Source of the DNA: Candidatus Bathyarchaeota archaeon
GTDB lineage: Archaea; Thermoproteota; Bathyarchaeia; Bathyarchaeales; Bathycorpusculaceae
Direction: 5' to 3'
DNA: 64,000 nucleotides
Assembly: GCA_963775465.1 (NCBI GenBank)
Contig: CAVZIW010000004.1
Location: 96,001-160,000, forward strand
Part shown: piece after piece, positions 1 to 9,152 of the stretch
How the letters are laid out: every line of letters starts with the position of its first letter
How positions within the stretch are numbered: the stretch's first letter is position 1
Position numbers and translations under genes: made by a program
Notes under the pieces: model-generated
Told to the model about the DNA's origin: nothing
The model's database searches: none
What the model saw: the letters and a program-made list of their open reading frames with translations, nothing else

Positions 1-1
1 C

Positions 2-859
2 GACATTGGACATGGACTGGTTCTTTTATTAGGAGGGGGTATTCTTGGATTTTTAATTAAACGAGAACAAGCAATCAAGAATATATGCTGGATTTTAGCC
101 TCTTGTGGAGCCGTAGCAGTCTTTACAGGGATCTTATTTGGCGAATTCTTCGGAAAGCAGTTGTTTGCTCCATTGTGGTTTAGTCCATTTGACAATGTGT
201 TCACGTTTCTAATCTTCAGCCTGTTTGTTGGAGTAGCTCAAATAATGAGCGGGCTAGTTTTGGAAATGACAAACTTTTTCCTTAAACATAATCCGATAGA
301 TGCTGTGTTGACTTCGATTCCCAAAATTGCGTTTTACAGCGGTGCAGTCTACCTTCTCGCATTCTACCAGCTAAATTTTTCAGCATGGCTTAGCGGTCCA
401 ATATTATTAGTGCTCGTTCCAATAATCGTCTTGATTCTGTGCAAACCAATCTTTTTCTCTATCTCAAGATCCTCAACAGCTACCGATGAGGAAAACTCAT
501 TTGGGCAAAGACTCTTCGAAAGTGGAGATTTGATAACTCGTCTGCTAAGTAACACTATGTCTTACACTCGAATTCTTGCTTTGCTTATGGCTCATTGGGC
601 TCTTGTTCTTGTGGTTTATGTTGTAGCTGGCTTAATTGGGTCAGCCTCGGTTTTAACTGCTATCTTAAGCGGTTTCATCATAGTTGCTGGGAACATTTTC
701 GTGATTGCTCTCGAAGGATTAATCGTGTTCATTCACACGATGAGACTACATTTTTATGAATGGTTTAGCAAATTCTATGAAGGTACAGGAGTGGAATTTG
801 CTCCTTTTAAGCAAAACTTTGTTCATACCGAAATCACTTTGAAGAAAAATATCTCTTAG
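2..859 (+). CDS. atpI: A/V-type ATP synthase subunit I (a), 5'-truncated by window edge
   Basis: Frame is open from base 2 (DIGHGLV..., GEFFG); conserved SYTRILAL arginine motif and IHTMRLHFYEWFSKFYEG C-terminal signature. Confidence 0.93.
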   Translation, partial: DIGHGLVLLLGGGILGFLIKREQAIKNICWILASCGAVAVFTGILFGEFFGKQLFAPLWFSPFDNVFTFLIFSLFVGVAQIMSGLVLEMTNFFLKHNPIDAVLTSIPKIAFYSGAVYLLAFYQLNFSAWLSGPILLVLVPIIVLILCKPIFFSISRSSTATDEENSFGQRLFESGDLITRLLSNTMSYTRILALLMAHWALVLVVYVVAGLIGSASVLTAILSGFIIVAGNIFVIALEGLIVFIHTMRLHFYEWFSKFYEGTGVEFAPFKQNFVHTEITLKKNIS

Positions 860-1908
860 AAAAAAAGTTGGCGCTCAATATCCTCAGGCTTCTTCCCAGC
901 CCCTACGCCTAGACAAACAACAATGAGATTTCGAACCTCAAAGCTTTTCTTAGTTAAAAAAGCCAAAACAGCACCTACATTAAAGATCTCTTTGATCCTA
1001 TTTTTTTTGGCGTGTTCAAGTAGTGCTTTTTCAAAGGCGTTTTCAGCAAGAGCAATTGTCTCCTGGGGAGATTGTGTTTTATCAAAATATTTGGCGTAGA
1101 AGGTTTTGAGCACAATTTTTAGGGCTGATTCAAAATCTGAAGAACAGACAATGTCCTCAACGGTCTTGTCAGAAATCCTAAACCTTTTGGTTGGCACAGC
1201 TATACGCAGCCAATTTGAATCATAGTTTAAGAGTTTACACCGCAACAGCAGCAATAAAACATAGCTGTCTATTTGAAGACTAACATAGGGATATGCATGT
1301 GGTTTTTCTTTTTTTGGCAGACTCTGATAGGCCGCCCATAGTTCTTCATAGTAGAATTTGTCCAGAAGTACATCAAAGCAAGTCGTTGAAGTATTTTCCT
1401 CGTAACTTTTGAAACCCATTTTCAAGGCAGAAGCGTATTTAGTTTTCTTTAGGGTACTAACAATGTGATTTATGCTCGAAGCTCTAATGGCTTCCTCCAT
1501 TATTGCGAGGTTGTTAAGGTAATTTTCTGGTGCAAAGTAGATTTTGGCTTGTTTTTGTTCAAGATGTAGCTCAGCATTGACTGCCTTGATTAGAGTTTTA
1601 ATGTTTTCTACCTCAAATCTTATAAGATAATGTTTAAGAAATTCGGCCGTTTTCTTAGGTGAGTTAATTATTATTTTAATGTAGGTTCCGATCAAATTTT
1701 CATTGAATGCCCGTTCAAGTTTACGGTTGGATAATGGGGGAGTAACTTTGGCTATTTCCTGTTGGTAGCTACTTTCTCGTAGAGAACCAATTAGGTCAGC
1801 TAAGTTATTTGTCTCGGTTAGCCCTCTGAATTTGGATTCGCTTAAAAATTCGCTTCTTCCTGCTCCGATCTTGACAAGAACATTTGCATATTTAGTTGTC
1901 TGGCTCAA
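856..1908 (-). CDS. atpC: A/V-type ATP synthase subunit C (AC39 family)
   Basis: 350 aa; RFEVENIKTLIK and FEVRNLIVV motifs; adjacent to other ATPase subunits. Confidence 0.85.
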   Translation of the reverse strand: MSQTTKYANVLVKIGAGRSEFLSESKFRGLTETNNLADLIGSLRESSYQQEIAKVTPPLSNRKLERAFNENLIGTYIKIIINSPKKTAEFLKHYLIRFEVENIKTLIKAVNAELHLEQKQAKIYFAPENYLNNLAIMEEAIRASSINHIVSTLKKTKYASALKMGFKSYEENTSTTCFDVLLDKFYYEELWAAYQSLPKKEKPHAYPYVSLQIDSYVLLLLLRCKLLNYDSNWLRIAVPTKRFRISDKTVEDIVCSSDFESALKIVLKTFYAKYFDKTQSPQETIALAENAFEKALLEHAKKNRIKEIFNVGAVLAFLTKKSFEVRNLIVVCLGVGAGKKPEDIERQLFF

Positions 1909-2237
1909 GGTCTCTCTTCCTCGAGAACGGCTGACACAATTTGTGAAACAGCATTTTCCATTCGCTGGTTTGCTTTAAAAATGAGTGTTTCTGCATTTTT
2001 TTGGCTTTCTTTCAATTTTTGTTCTCGGTTGCGTTTTGCTTGTTCGATTGCACTCTCGTAGTTTTGTCGTGCTTCTTGCTGAGCGTAGGTTTTGCTACTT
2101 TCTATGAGTTTGTCTCCTTCTTTTTGTGATAGAATTATTATTTCTTTAGCGTTTTTCTGGGCCTGGGCTCGGATTTCTTCTGCTTGTGCTTCGATTTTTT
2201 TTAGTTCCTCCCAGACTTTCTCCATGTTTTCACACAT
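1905..2237 (-). CDS. A/V-type ATP synthase subunit H/G (peripheral stalk)
   Basis: 110 aa E/K/A/Q-rich coiled coil (LKKIEAQAEEIRAQA), 4-nt overlap with subunit C. Confidence 0.75.
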   Translation of the reverse strand: MCENMEKVWEELKKIEAQAEEIRAQAQKNAKEIIILSQKEGDKLIESSKTYAQQEARQNYESAIEQAKRNREQKLKESQKNAETLIFKANQRMENAVSQIVSAVLEEERP

Positions 2238-2383
2238 ATGTTTAGCTTTGCGCTCAGTAATAAAATATCCTCTTTCTGCATTTTGAAGTTACTTGTTAAT
2301 GATTCTTTGATGGTCTTTTCGGGTGAATTGGGAAAATGCTTTAAAACCCTATACCAACCTTAGAGGCTGGTTACGATACGAGT

Positions 2384-3322
2384 ATGGCGAAGGAAAAAGA
2401 AAGGGAAAAGAAAAAGACTGGATTTGACTACCGCTCTTCACGATTCTTTTCCCTTCTTTTCCCAGCGATATATCTTGTGGCTATAGCTATCTTTAGCGTT
2501 CAATACAGCATTATTCCTGGTCCTGAATTTCTCGTCTTAGCCTTCCTGATTTATGCGGCATATAATCAAAAAACTTGGCGTTTCCTCAAGGATTGGCTAC
2601 CCTTTATCACCGTGTTTATTTCCTACGAAATCATGTATGGATTTGTCGGCGTAATCTCCAAGTATAATCTACATGCCGGACCTTACAATCTTGAAATGGG
2701 AATGTTTGGACAAATTCCAAGCTTAGTTCTCCAACAAACAATAAGAATGCCTATCCTAGATTATATGGGGGCCTTTTTTTATTCGCTGCATTTTTTTGCT
2801 CCAACAATTTTTGCTTTTATCCTTTGGAAAGTTAGCCCTAAGAATTATTGGAAATACACTGTTGCTTTTGGGATTTGCACGTATGCGGCACTCATCAGTT
2901 TTCTTTTCTATCCGGTGGCGCCGCCTTGGTGGGAGCTTAGTACGCATTCGAGTCTTGCATATTCAGGACCAACTGTTATTAGAGTGCTAACTGATTCGGT
3001 CGACGCCAACTTAGGCATCCCAGTTTACAGAACCCTCTTTGATATTTTTGGCGCCAATCAGTTTGCCGCTTTTCCCAGCATGCATTCAGCCTTGCCCTTC
3101 TTGATATCTCTATTCGCTATTAAAATTTGGAAAATAAGAGCTCTACCGGTCTTAATCTTCCCAATCGGTGTTTGGTTTAGCGCTGTGTATCTCGGTGAAC
3201 ACTATTTTGTAGATGTTTTGGGTGGTATAGCATATGCTTTTTTGGCTTTCGTAGCAGTGGAAAAAATTCTCCCATTACTTGCTAAAAGAACTGACTTCCT
3301 GAAAAAACACATGCCGAGCTAA
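2384..3322 (+). CDS. PAP2-superfamily membrane protein, AUR1/inositol-phosphorylceramide-synthase-like
   Basis: YPVAPPW, AAFPSMHSA and YLGEHYFVDVLGG motifs; multiple TM segments. Confidence 0.8.
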   Translation: MAKEKEREKKKTGFDYRSSRFFSLLFPAIYLVAIAIFSVQYSIIPGPEFLVLAFLIYAAYNQKTWRFLKDWLPFITVFISYEIMYGFVGVISKYNLHAGPYNLEMGMFGQIPSLVLQQTIRMPILDYMGAFFYSLHFFAPTIFAFILWKVSPKNYWKYTVAFGICTYAALISFLFYPVAPPWWELSTHSSLAYSGPTVIRVLTDSVDANLGIPVYRTLFDIFGANQFAAFPSMHSALPFLISLFAIKIWKIRALPVLIFPIGVWFSAVYLGEHYFVDVLGGIAYAFLAFVAVEKILPLLAKRTDFLKKHMPS

Positions 3323-3859
3323 ACAAACTTTGAAAACCAATCTTACATTAATTACGGCATAGGATGTGCAAAATTTAGTTTTATTTTTGCGTTTTTTGTT
3401 CATCTGCCAGAACAACAACACTTTGAAAATTATTGTTGTTATTCTACCAATCTTCAATGCACAAGAAGGCAGCTTTAGGCGTATTGCTGAAAAATTCTTT
3501 CCCAGGATAACACGCAATCGTTATGTGTGGACAGCTTTGTTTTGGGCAGATTAAAAGGACGAAGGATTTCAACTCTGTAGTTGTGTTTCCTAATCTTTAA
3601 TCGATAAGAACTCTGATTGTCTTGGATGCCCATATCTTGAATTTTCTGTTGTAAGTTTCTTTAGAAGCGATTGTTTTGTTACCAAAGCCTGACAGTTTAA
3701 CAGGCTTGATGAAGATGAAAAAGCGATAACTGGATTAAAAATTACACTCAGCTCTATATGATAAGTGAGAAGTGCATTTTGGCAAGAACCTGTTCTTAAC
3801 ATTTAATAGCAAAATATCAAAAAACATAATTGACAGTTACGACAACGAATATTGTCAAT

Positions 3860-5122
3860 ATGACAACCCCAAAGAGGTTTAAAGTAACAACTCAAGACGC
3901 ATACAACTATGCCGCCAGCAAGTTTTTTGCAGATCAACAGCTTGCAATGGTGCTAAAACTGAACGGGCAACTTGAAGAAGATTTGTTTGAACAAGCGATT
4001 CATTTAACCATGGATCTGGAGCCTGTTTTAGGGTGTCAATTTGTTGAAAACGGTGATAAACCCTTTTGGGAACGCAGAAACGATTTAGAAAATATTAAAC
4101 TGTCAGACGTAGTTAAAGCTGACCCGCCTGAGGATGCGCTTGAAACTTTTGTTAGTTCGCCTATTCGCGCAGATTTAGATCCCCTTGTTAGAGCAAGGAT
4201 TTTTCGGGGAAGGAATACAGATACACTTTGCATCAAAATAAACCATTCAGTCTGCGATGGGGGAGGCCTCAAAGAATATGTTTTCATGCTTTCCAATATC
4301 TATAACACTTTAGTCAGCGGCAAAGAATGTATTGTTTTGCCTAATTTAAGCAGAAGAGATCAGAGTCAAATACCCCAGCTAGCTAAAGATACTAAAAGCC
4401 TCGCTGTGAAAGGGTTTCCTCAACCAACTTGGACTTTATTACAAAAAGCTGGAACTGAACCCCTGCATTGCTTCAGGGTTATTCCGAAACCAAGGTTTGA
4501 AGTAATAAAGAAATATGCTCAAAATAAAAGTACCTCGGTAAACGATGTGCTTCTTGCTGCTCTATTTCGAGCTTTTTTTGTTTTAAACAACACACCAGCA
4601 GATTCTCCGATGATAATGCAGGTTTCTATAGACCTAAGAAGATACCTTTCAAAGAAGAAAGCGGAGGTAATATGCAACCTTTCGGGAGCATTATATGTCG
4701 CTTTGGAGAGGAAAGGCGGCGAAGAATTTGACGGAACATTAACCAGAGTTAGTGCAGCAATGAATAGACTTAAAGAAAATAATCCTGGCCTAGAGAGTGC
4801 CGCAGGTTTAGAATATTTGGCAAGTCAAGGTTATATTGGCTTAGTGAAATATTTGGAAGAAGCATCCGCAATGGGTAGAAAATTTAATGTTACTTTTCCG
4901 TTACTTTCAAATTTTGGTGTTCTTAGTCTTTACGGCTTTGGTGAACTAATAGTAATAAATGAATTCATTTCTAGCCCGATTATGTATCCTCCTGGATTCA
5001 TGCTGGGAGTGAGCACTTTCAATGACGAAATGACGTTTTCAATTGGATATTGCGGAAAAGAAAATAGGCGACAAATAAACAGATTTCTTGAAATCTACGT
5101 CGCTGAGTTACCCTTAACGTAA
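3860..5122 (+). CDS. Stand-alone condensation-domain / CoA-dependent acyltransferase
   Basis: NHSVCDGGG (HxxxDG) motif, SVNDVLLAA, IDLRRYL, LSNFG; ATG at 3860 preferred over TTG at 3830. Confidence 0.8.
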   Translation: MTTPKRFKVTTQDAYNYAASKFFADQQLAMVLKLNGQLEEDLFEQAIHLTMDLEPVLGCQFVENGDKPFWERRNDLENIKLSDVVKADPPEDALETFVSSPIRADLDPLVRARIFRGRNTDTLCIKINHSVCDGGGLKEYVFMLSNIYNTLVSGKECIVLPNLSRRDQSQIPQLAKDTKSLAVKGFPQPTWTLLQKAGTEPLHCFRVIPKPRFEVIKKYAQNKSTSVNDVLLAALFRAFFVLNNTPADSPMIMQVSIDLRRYLSKKKAEVICNLSGALYVALERKGGEEFDGTLTRVSAAMNRLKENNPGLESAAGLEYLASQGYIGLVKYLEEASAMGRKFNVTFPLLSNFGVLSLYGFGELIVINEFISSPIMYPPGFMLGVSTFNDEMTFSIGYCGKENRRQINRFLEIYVAELPLT

Positions 5123-5221
5123 AATTGCAAAACTGCACCAGAAAATAATTTTTAAGAAAGCAAATCGCAATAGCAATGATTTTATAATTCCAAATTGTCT
5201 TCTTAAAAATAAGTGAATTAT

Positions 5222-5455
5222 ATGTCTGAAGCAATAGAAAAAAGAGTTCGAAACGCACTCGATGAAATTAGACCGCAAATTCAAGCTGACGGAGGAGATG
5301 TTGAACTTGTGGCAGTGGGGAATGACTCCGTGAAAGTTCGCTTGGTTGGGCATTGTGCGGGTTGTCCGATGGCTGCGATGACGCTAAAAAACGGCGTTGA
5401 AGCACTCATTAAGCAAAGAGTACCAGAAATAAAGAAAGTTGAAGCAGTCCAATGA
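5222..5455 (+). CDS. NifU C-terminal (Nfu) Fe-S carrier protein
   Basis: IRPQIQADGGDVELV and GHCAGCP motifs. Confidence 0.92.
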   Translation: MSEAIEKRVRNALDEIRPQIQADGGDVELVAVGNDSVKVRLVGHCAGCPMAAMTLKNGVEALIKQRVPEIKKVEAVQ

Positions 5456-5689
5456 TCAGCTTTCTTCCAAACTTTTAAAACTCTTAATTTTAAATCGAAT
5501 CAACTTTTTCTCGTGAATGTTTATCCAAAAACTAAAAGGGTTAACGATAGTCCATGATCTAACTCCGAAGAACATTGAGTTATGGAGCTTCTTTTGGAAA
5601 AATAGATTTCTATAATTACCATCAAGAAACACATAGTAAACTAAACCTATACTATGGGCAAGGATGGTTCCTGGTGACCTTTTGAATAT

Positions 5690-5806
5690 CTAACGTTTAA
5701 CACATTGCCCTGAAACAGCATCAAAATGGTTTGTGTCCCCATAGTCGCAGGTCTTGCAATCATTTTTTATATCCTGACCAAATGGGCATCCTTTCAAATC
5801 AGCCAT
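5690..5806 (-). CDS. 38-aa Cys-rich microprotein (not in ORF track)
   Basis: Hand translation MADLKGCPFGQDIKNDCKTCDYGDTNHFDAVSGQCVKR*; GAGGTG RBS 6 nt upstream of ATG. Confidence 0.65.
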   Translation of the reverse strand: MADLKGCPFGQDIKNDCKTCDYGDTNHFDAVSGQCVKR

Positions 5807-6248
5807 ATTTTACACCTCAAATTAGTGTGGAAATAAACGTTATCATATTCTAATTATTCCAAAAACTATTTTTTCTTAATTAATTTTTCTGTGTGGAAAA
5901 CAATTAAACATTGAGGTATAGATCGAAATCTAACTGAACAGGGAGATTTCACCGCTTTACTTGGTTTTTACGATTTGATTGATACTGAGTTGATGCTACA
6001 ATTTTGATAATGGAATTTGCGCCGAAAATCATCTTAGTTTTGGTGGTGAAGATTGGTATTGAAACATTTTTAGCTGAATGTGCAAGTTTTTTTAGTATGC
6101 TATGATAGCTTAATAAATAGCAATTCAAACAAATGTATTTCAGGCAATCAGAAAACTCGGTTATCATTTTGGCTGAGAGTTCATTGATAACCATGTTTGC
6201 CTTGTTTGGAGCATTTTAATTAAAGAAGGGATAGAGGGGTAAAAAAAG

Positions 6249-7382
6249 ATGAGAGAGAAACGTGACAAAGTAGCCATCCGTGGACTAAGAGATGTCGCAG
6301 CAGCTGAAACCAAAATTAGCTACGTAAATCCAAATGGAACACTTTACTATTTAGGGTACAATATTGACGATCTAGTGGAAAACATCATCTACTCAGAAAT
6401 TCCGTACTTGCTACTTTACAAAAAATTGCCCAAACAAAAAGAGCTAAGCCACTTTCAAAATGAACTGTTTAATGAAATGAAACTTCCTAAACCAATTGTT
6501 GAAAGCATTAATTCAACCCCCAAAACCTGCCACCCAATGGACATTTTACGCACCGAAGTGTCTCATCTAGGAGAATATGATCCAGATGATAACGACTTTT
6601 CTGACGCTGCAAACATTAGAAGAGCTAAACGATTAATTGCCCAAGTTCCTACAATAGTAGCTACCATTCATAGAAGTCGATTTAACAAACCAGTTCCGAA
6701 GCCAAAGAAAGAATTCACTTTCGCCCAGAACTTCCTCTATATGTTTATCGGAGAGGCCCCAGACGAGATGGAGACAAGAGTCATTCATCGCTTCATGATA
6801 CTTCACGCTGATCACGGGTTCAATGCGTCCACGTTCGCCGCACGGGTAACGGCGAGCACCAATTCAGATATGTATTCAGCCATAACTTCGGCCATTGGAA
6901 CCCTCAAAGGTCCATTACATGGAGGGGCAAGCGAAAAAGTGATGGACATGCTTGATGAAATTAACCTTGAAGAAGAAGTCGAGGAATACATCAAAGGGCT
7001 TTTAGATGAAAAAAAGAAGATTATGGGTTTTGGTCATAGAATGTATAAGGCTCAAGACCCCCGAACTAAGCATCTCCGAGGGATAGTTGAAGATTTTTGC
7101 CATCAAGAGAGACCGCTAAAACTGTATAATAGGTGCGTGCAGATTGAAAAGATTGTTCATGAGAAAAAAAAGATCTATCCCAATGTAGATTTCTATGCTG
7201 CAGTTGCTATGGATGCATTAGGTGTTTCAAAGGAGTTCTTTCCATTGTTCTTTGCTTCAAGCAGGATATCTGGTTGGGTAGCTCATGTATTGGAACAGTA
7301 TGAAGATTCAGTTCTTCTTCGTCCGTCATCGAATTATGTTGGGGAATTCGAAAGAGTGTTCGTTCCGATAGAAAAACGATAA
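6249..7382 (+). CDS. Citrate synthase (citrate/2-methylcitrate synthase family)
   Basis: HADHGFNAST, GPLHGGA, MGFGHRMYK..DPR and YPNVDFY motifs. Confidence 0.93.
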   Translation: MREKRDKVAIRGLRDVAAAETKISYVNPNGTLYYLGYNIDDLVENIIYSEIPYLLLYKKLPKQKELSHFQNELFNEMKLPKPIVESINSTPKTCHPMDILRTEVSHLGEYDPDDNDFSDAANIRRAKRLIAQVPTIVATIHRSRFNKPVPKPKKEFTFAQNFLYMFIGEAPDEMETRVIHRFMILHADHGFNASTFAARVTASTNSDMYSAITSAIGTLKGPLHGGASEKVMDMLDEINLEEEVEEYIKGLLDEKKKIMGFGHRMYKAQDPRTKHLRGIVEDFCHQERPLKLYNRCVQIEKIVHEKKKIYPNVDFYAAVAMDALGVSKEFFPLFFASSRISGWVAHVLEQYEDSVLLRPSSNYVGEFERVFVPIEKR

Positions 7383-7423
7383 ACATTTAATACATTTCGA
7401 GTAAGCCAGATGGAGAAGGGGTT

Positions 7424-8773
7424 CTATTTCATGGCGCCGCTCTTCAGGTTTAGCCGAGTCCTTCTTAGATAAGCCAAGATGACCACTACAGCTAAAATCG
7501 CAACAATAATAACCAAACCTAATTGAATAGTCGCAGTCAGATATTTGATGCCTATGAATTCTGTGAATGATACCCCATGACTAGGTGAACTCGTCGAATT
7601 TGAAGATATAGAAGAGATAATTGTTGTATCGTTCCAATTGATAAGTTTGTTGTAATGTTGAGAACTGCCCATCTGAAGATAATCTTCGTAAATTATGTCT
7701 AGTTTAGACCCGTATTGTTCAAGCAAACTTCCCAAGTTTATGCTTATTGGAACCGATAAGTCGTCGGCTTCCCATAACCCCCAAATCTTGTCGTTTGGAC
7801 CTCGAAAACCGTACGCATAATCTTTAGGAAGCATGTAAGCAGTTCGTTCATTTATTGGGCTTAGTTTTCGGGGGTTTGTTTGTGTATATTGCCAGAATTG
7901 TTTTAGAGCATCTAAATGTTCTTGATTAAGAATTCCATCCGAATAATTCTTGTTCGAGTTGAAAACTGCAATATATTTTGCTCCATTGTCATAGGCAAGG
8001 AGAAGATCGTTGTAGAGTTCTTGATCTGTCTCGATATATGGTGGTTGTGTAAAGGTCCAAGTTATTATTGCGCCCCAATCCTTGTCTTGAGCTGTTGCTG
8101 CACCCCTACATAGTCCTACATTCAATTGTCTACTGTAGTTCCAGCCAAACTGTGCTAAGAGTACGTCATAGCCTGCCTTATAGTCAAACCAATAGAGCGC
8201 ATAATCCGAAGTAAACAAAGAAATATCCTCTCCTCTGGAATAGCCGTTTCTGAACCAACTTACGAAGCCACTTACCTTAGTGTTAAACTCGGTGCTGGCT
8301 TCTTCGTAACTATCGGCCTTTGGAACTACCATCCAGCCAGAAGTGTGATCCAATTGTCGTCCCCCAACTTCATCGGAGTAATAAATTCCCAGAAAATAGT
8401 TTCCCCATCGGGTTTTAGCGATTTCAAACCAGGTTGATTTATCAATTGAAAACAAAGAGAAATCTATAGGGTATTCTTGGTAGACAATAAAAAATAGTCC
8501 CTTATCAAAAAGATATTGACAGGCTTCTTCAAGTATGAACCTGTTTTGTGTAACGCCTGTGCAACCCAAAATAAAGAGATTAGTGTATGGAGCTACTTCA
8601 TCGGCTAATTGTTTTACTTGATCTATATCGCCAAAAGCCAAATCGACACCCACAAAAACATCTGGAACATTTTGAGCTTCCACAAAGTCGTAAGAGAAGG
8701 AGCCTAATAAAGTTGAAAAAACCAGAGTAAGTAACAAAAAGGAGCCAGTCAAACGAATCTTCATTGGTAACAA
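7424..8773 (-). CDS. Secreted, C-terminally membrane-anchored hypothetical protein (possible TIM-barrel/glycoside-hydrolase-like fold)
   Basis: N-terminal signal peptide, Ser-rich linker, C-terminal TM plus basic tail; aromatic-rich core with YYSDEVGG. Confidence 0.55.
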   Translation of the reverse strand: MLPMKIRLTGSFLLLTLVFSTLLGSFSYDFVEAQNVPDVFVGVDLAFGDIDQVKQLADEVAPYTNLFILGCTGVTQNRFILEEACQYLFDKGLFFIVYQEYPIDFSLFSIDKSTWFEIAKTRWGNYFLGIYYSDEVGGRQLDHTSGWMVVPKADSYEEASTEFNTKVSGFVSWFRNGYSRGEDISLFTSDYALYWFDYKAGYDVLLAQFGWNYSRQLNVGLCRGAATAQDKDWGAIITWTFTQPPYIETDQELYNDLLLAYDNGAKYIAVFNSNKNYSDGILNQEHLDALKQFWQYTQTNPRKLSPINERTAYMLPKDYAYGFRGPNDKIWGLWEADDLSVPISINLGSLLEQYGSKLDIIYEDYLQMGSSQHYNKLINWNDTTIISSISSNSTSSPSHGVSFTEFIGIKYLTATIQLGLVIIVAILAVVVILAYLRRTRLNLKSGAMK

Positions 8774-8818
8774 AATTAAAATCTGAATATATTAAAGTTT
8801 TTAGAATACGTTAACGAG

Positions 8819-8891
8819 TAGCCCGGGAGAGATTCGAACTCTCGTCAAGGGCTCCAGAGGCCCCTATGCTTGACCACTACACCACCGGGCT
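8819..8891 (-). tRNA. tRNA-Gln(CTG), intronless, CCA not encoded
   Basis: Reverse complement AGCCCGG...GGGGC-CTCTGGA-GCCCT...GAGAG-TTCGAAT-CTCTC-CCGGGCTA folds as a cloverleaf. Confidence 0.95.
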
Positions 8892-8936
8892 TCAAACTCA
8901 AACAGACATCTTTGATTAATATTTACTTTAATATTG

Positions 8937-9152
8937 CTATTCTTCTTTGGCACCGTTTTTCACTTTTTGGGCTTCTTGAACACAGTAGCAGTCTTGATTG
9001 ATTCTATTGTAGTCACTGCAATGCCATAATGTATCAACGATTGGATTTTGGTTTTTTCCGTGACGTTTGGAGCAGAAAATTTTTGTTGGATAATCGTAAC
9101 TGTTGTGACCGTCACAGTTACCACAGTAATTCCTTTGAGGGTTGTTCTTCAT
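8937..9152 (-). CDS. Small Cys-rich (putative Zn-binding) protein
   Basis: 71 aa with YCGNC, FCSKRH, WHC and DCYC; 4-nt overlap with dys stop. Confidence 0.65.
   Translation of the reverse strand: MKNNPQRNYCGNCDGHNSYDYPTKIFCSKRHGKNQNPIVDTLWHCSDYNRINQDCYCVQEAQKVKNGAKEE

Noticed and set aside
3275-3802. Short ORFs and a weak AACAACAA/TTGTTGTT inverted repeat in a 500-bp gap
   Set aside because: No RBS or motifs; a low-complexity repeat is expected in AT-rich DNA
8819-8891. tRNA-Gln as an integration site
   Set aside because: No duplicated 3' end or integrase seen nearby
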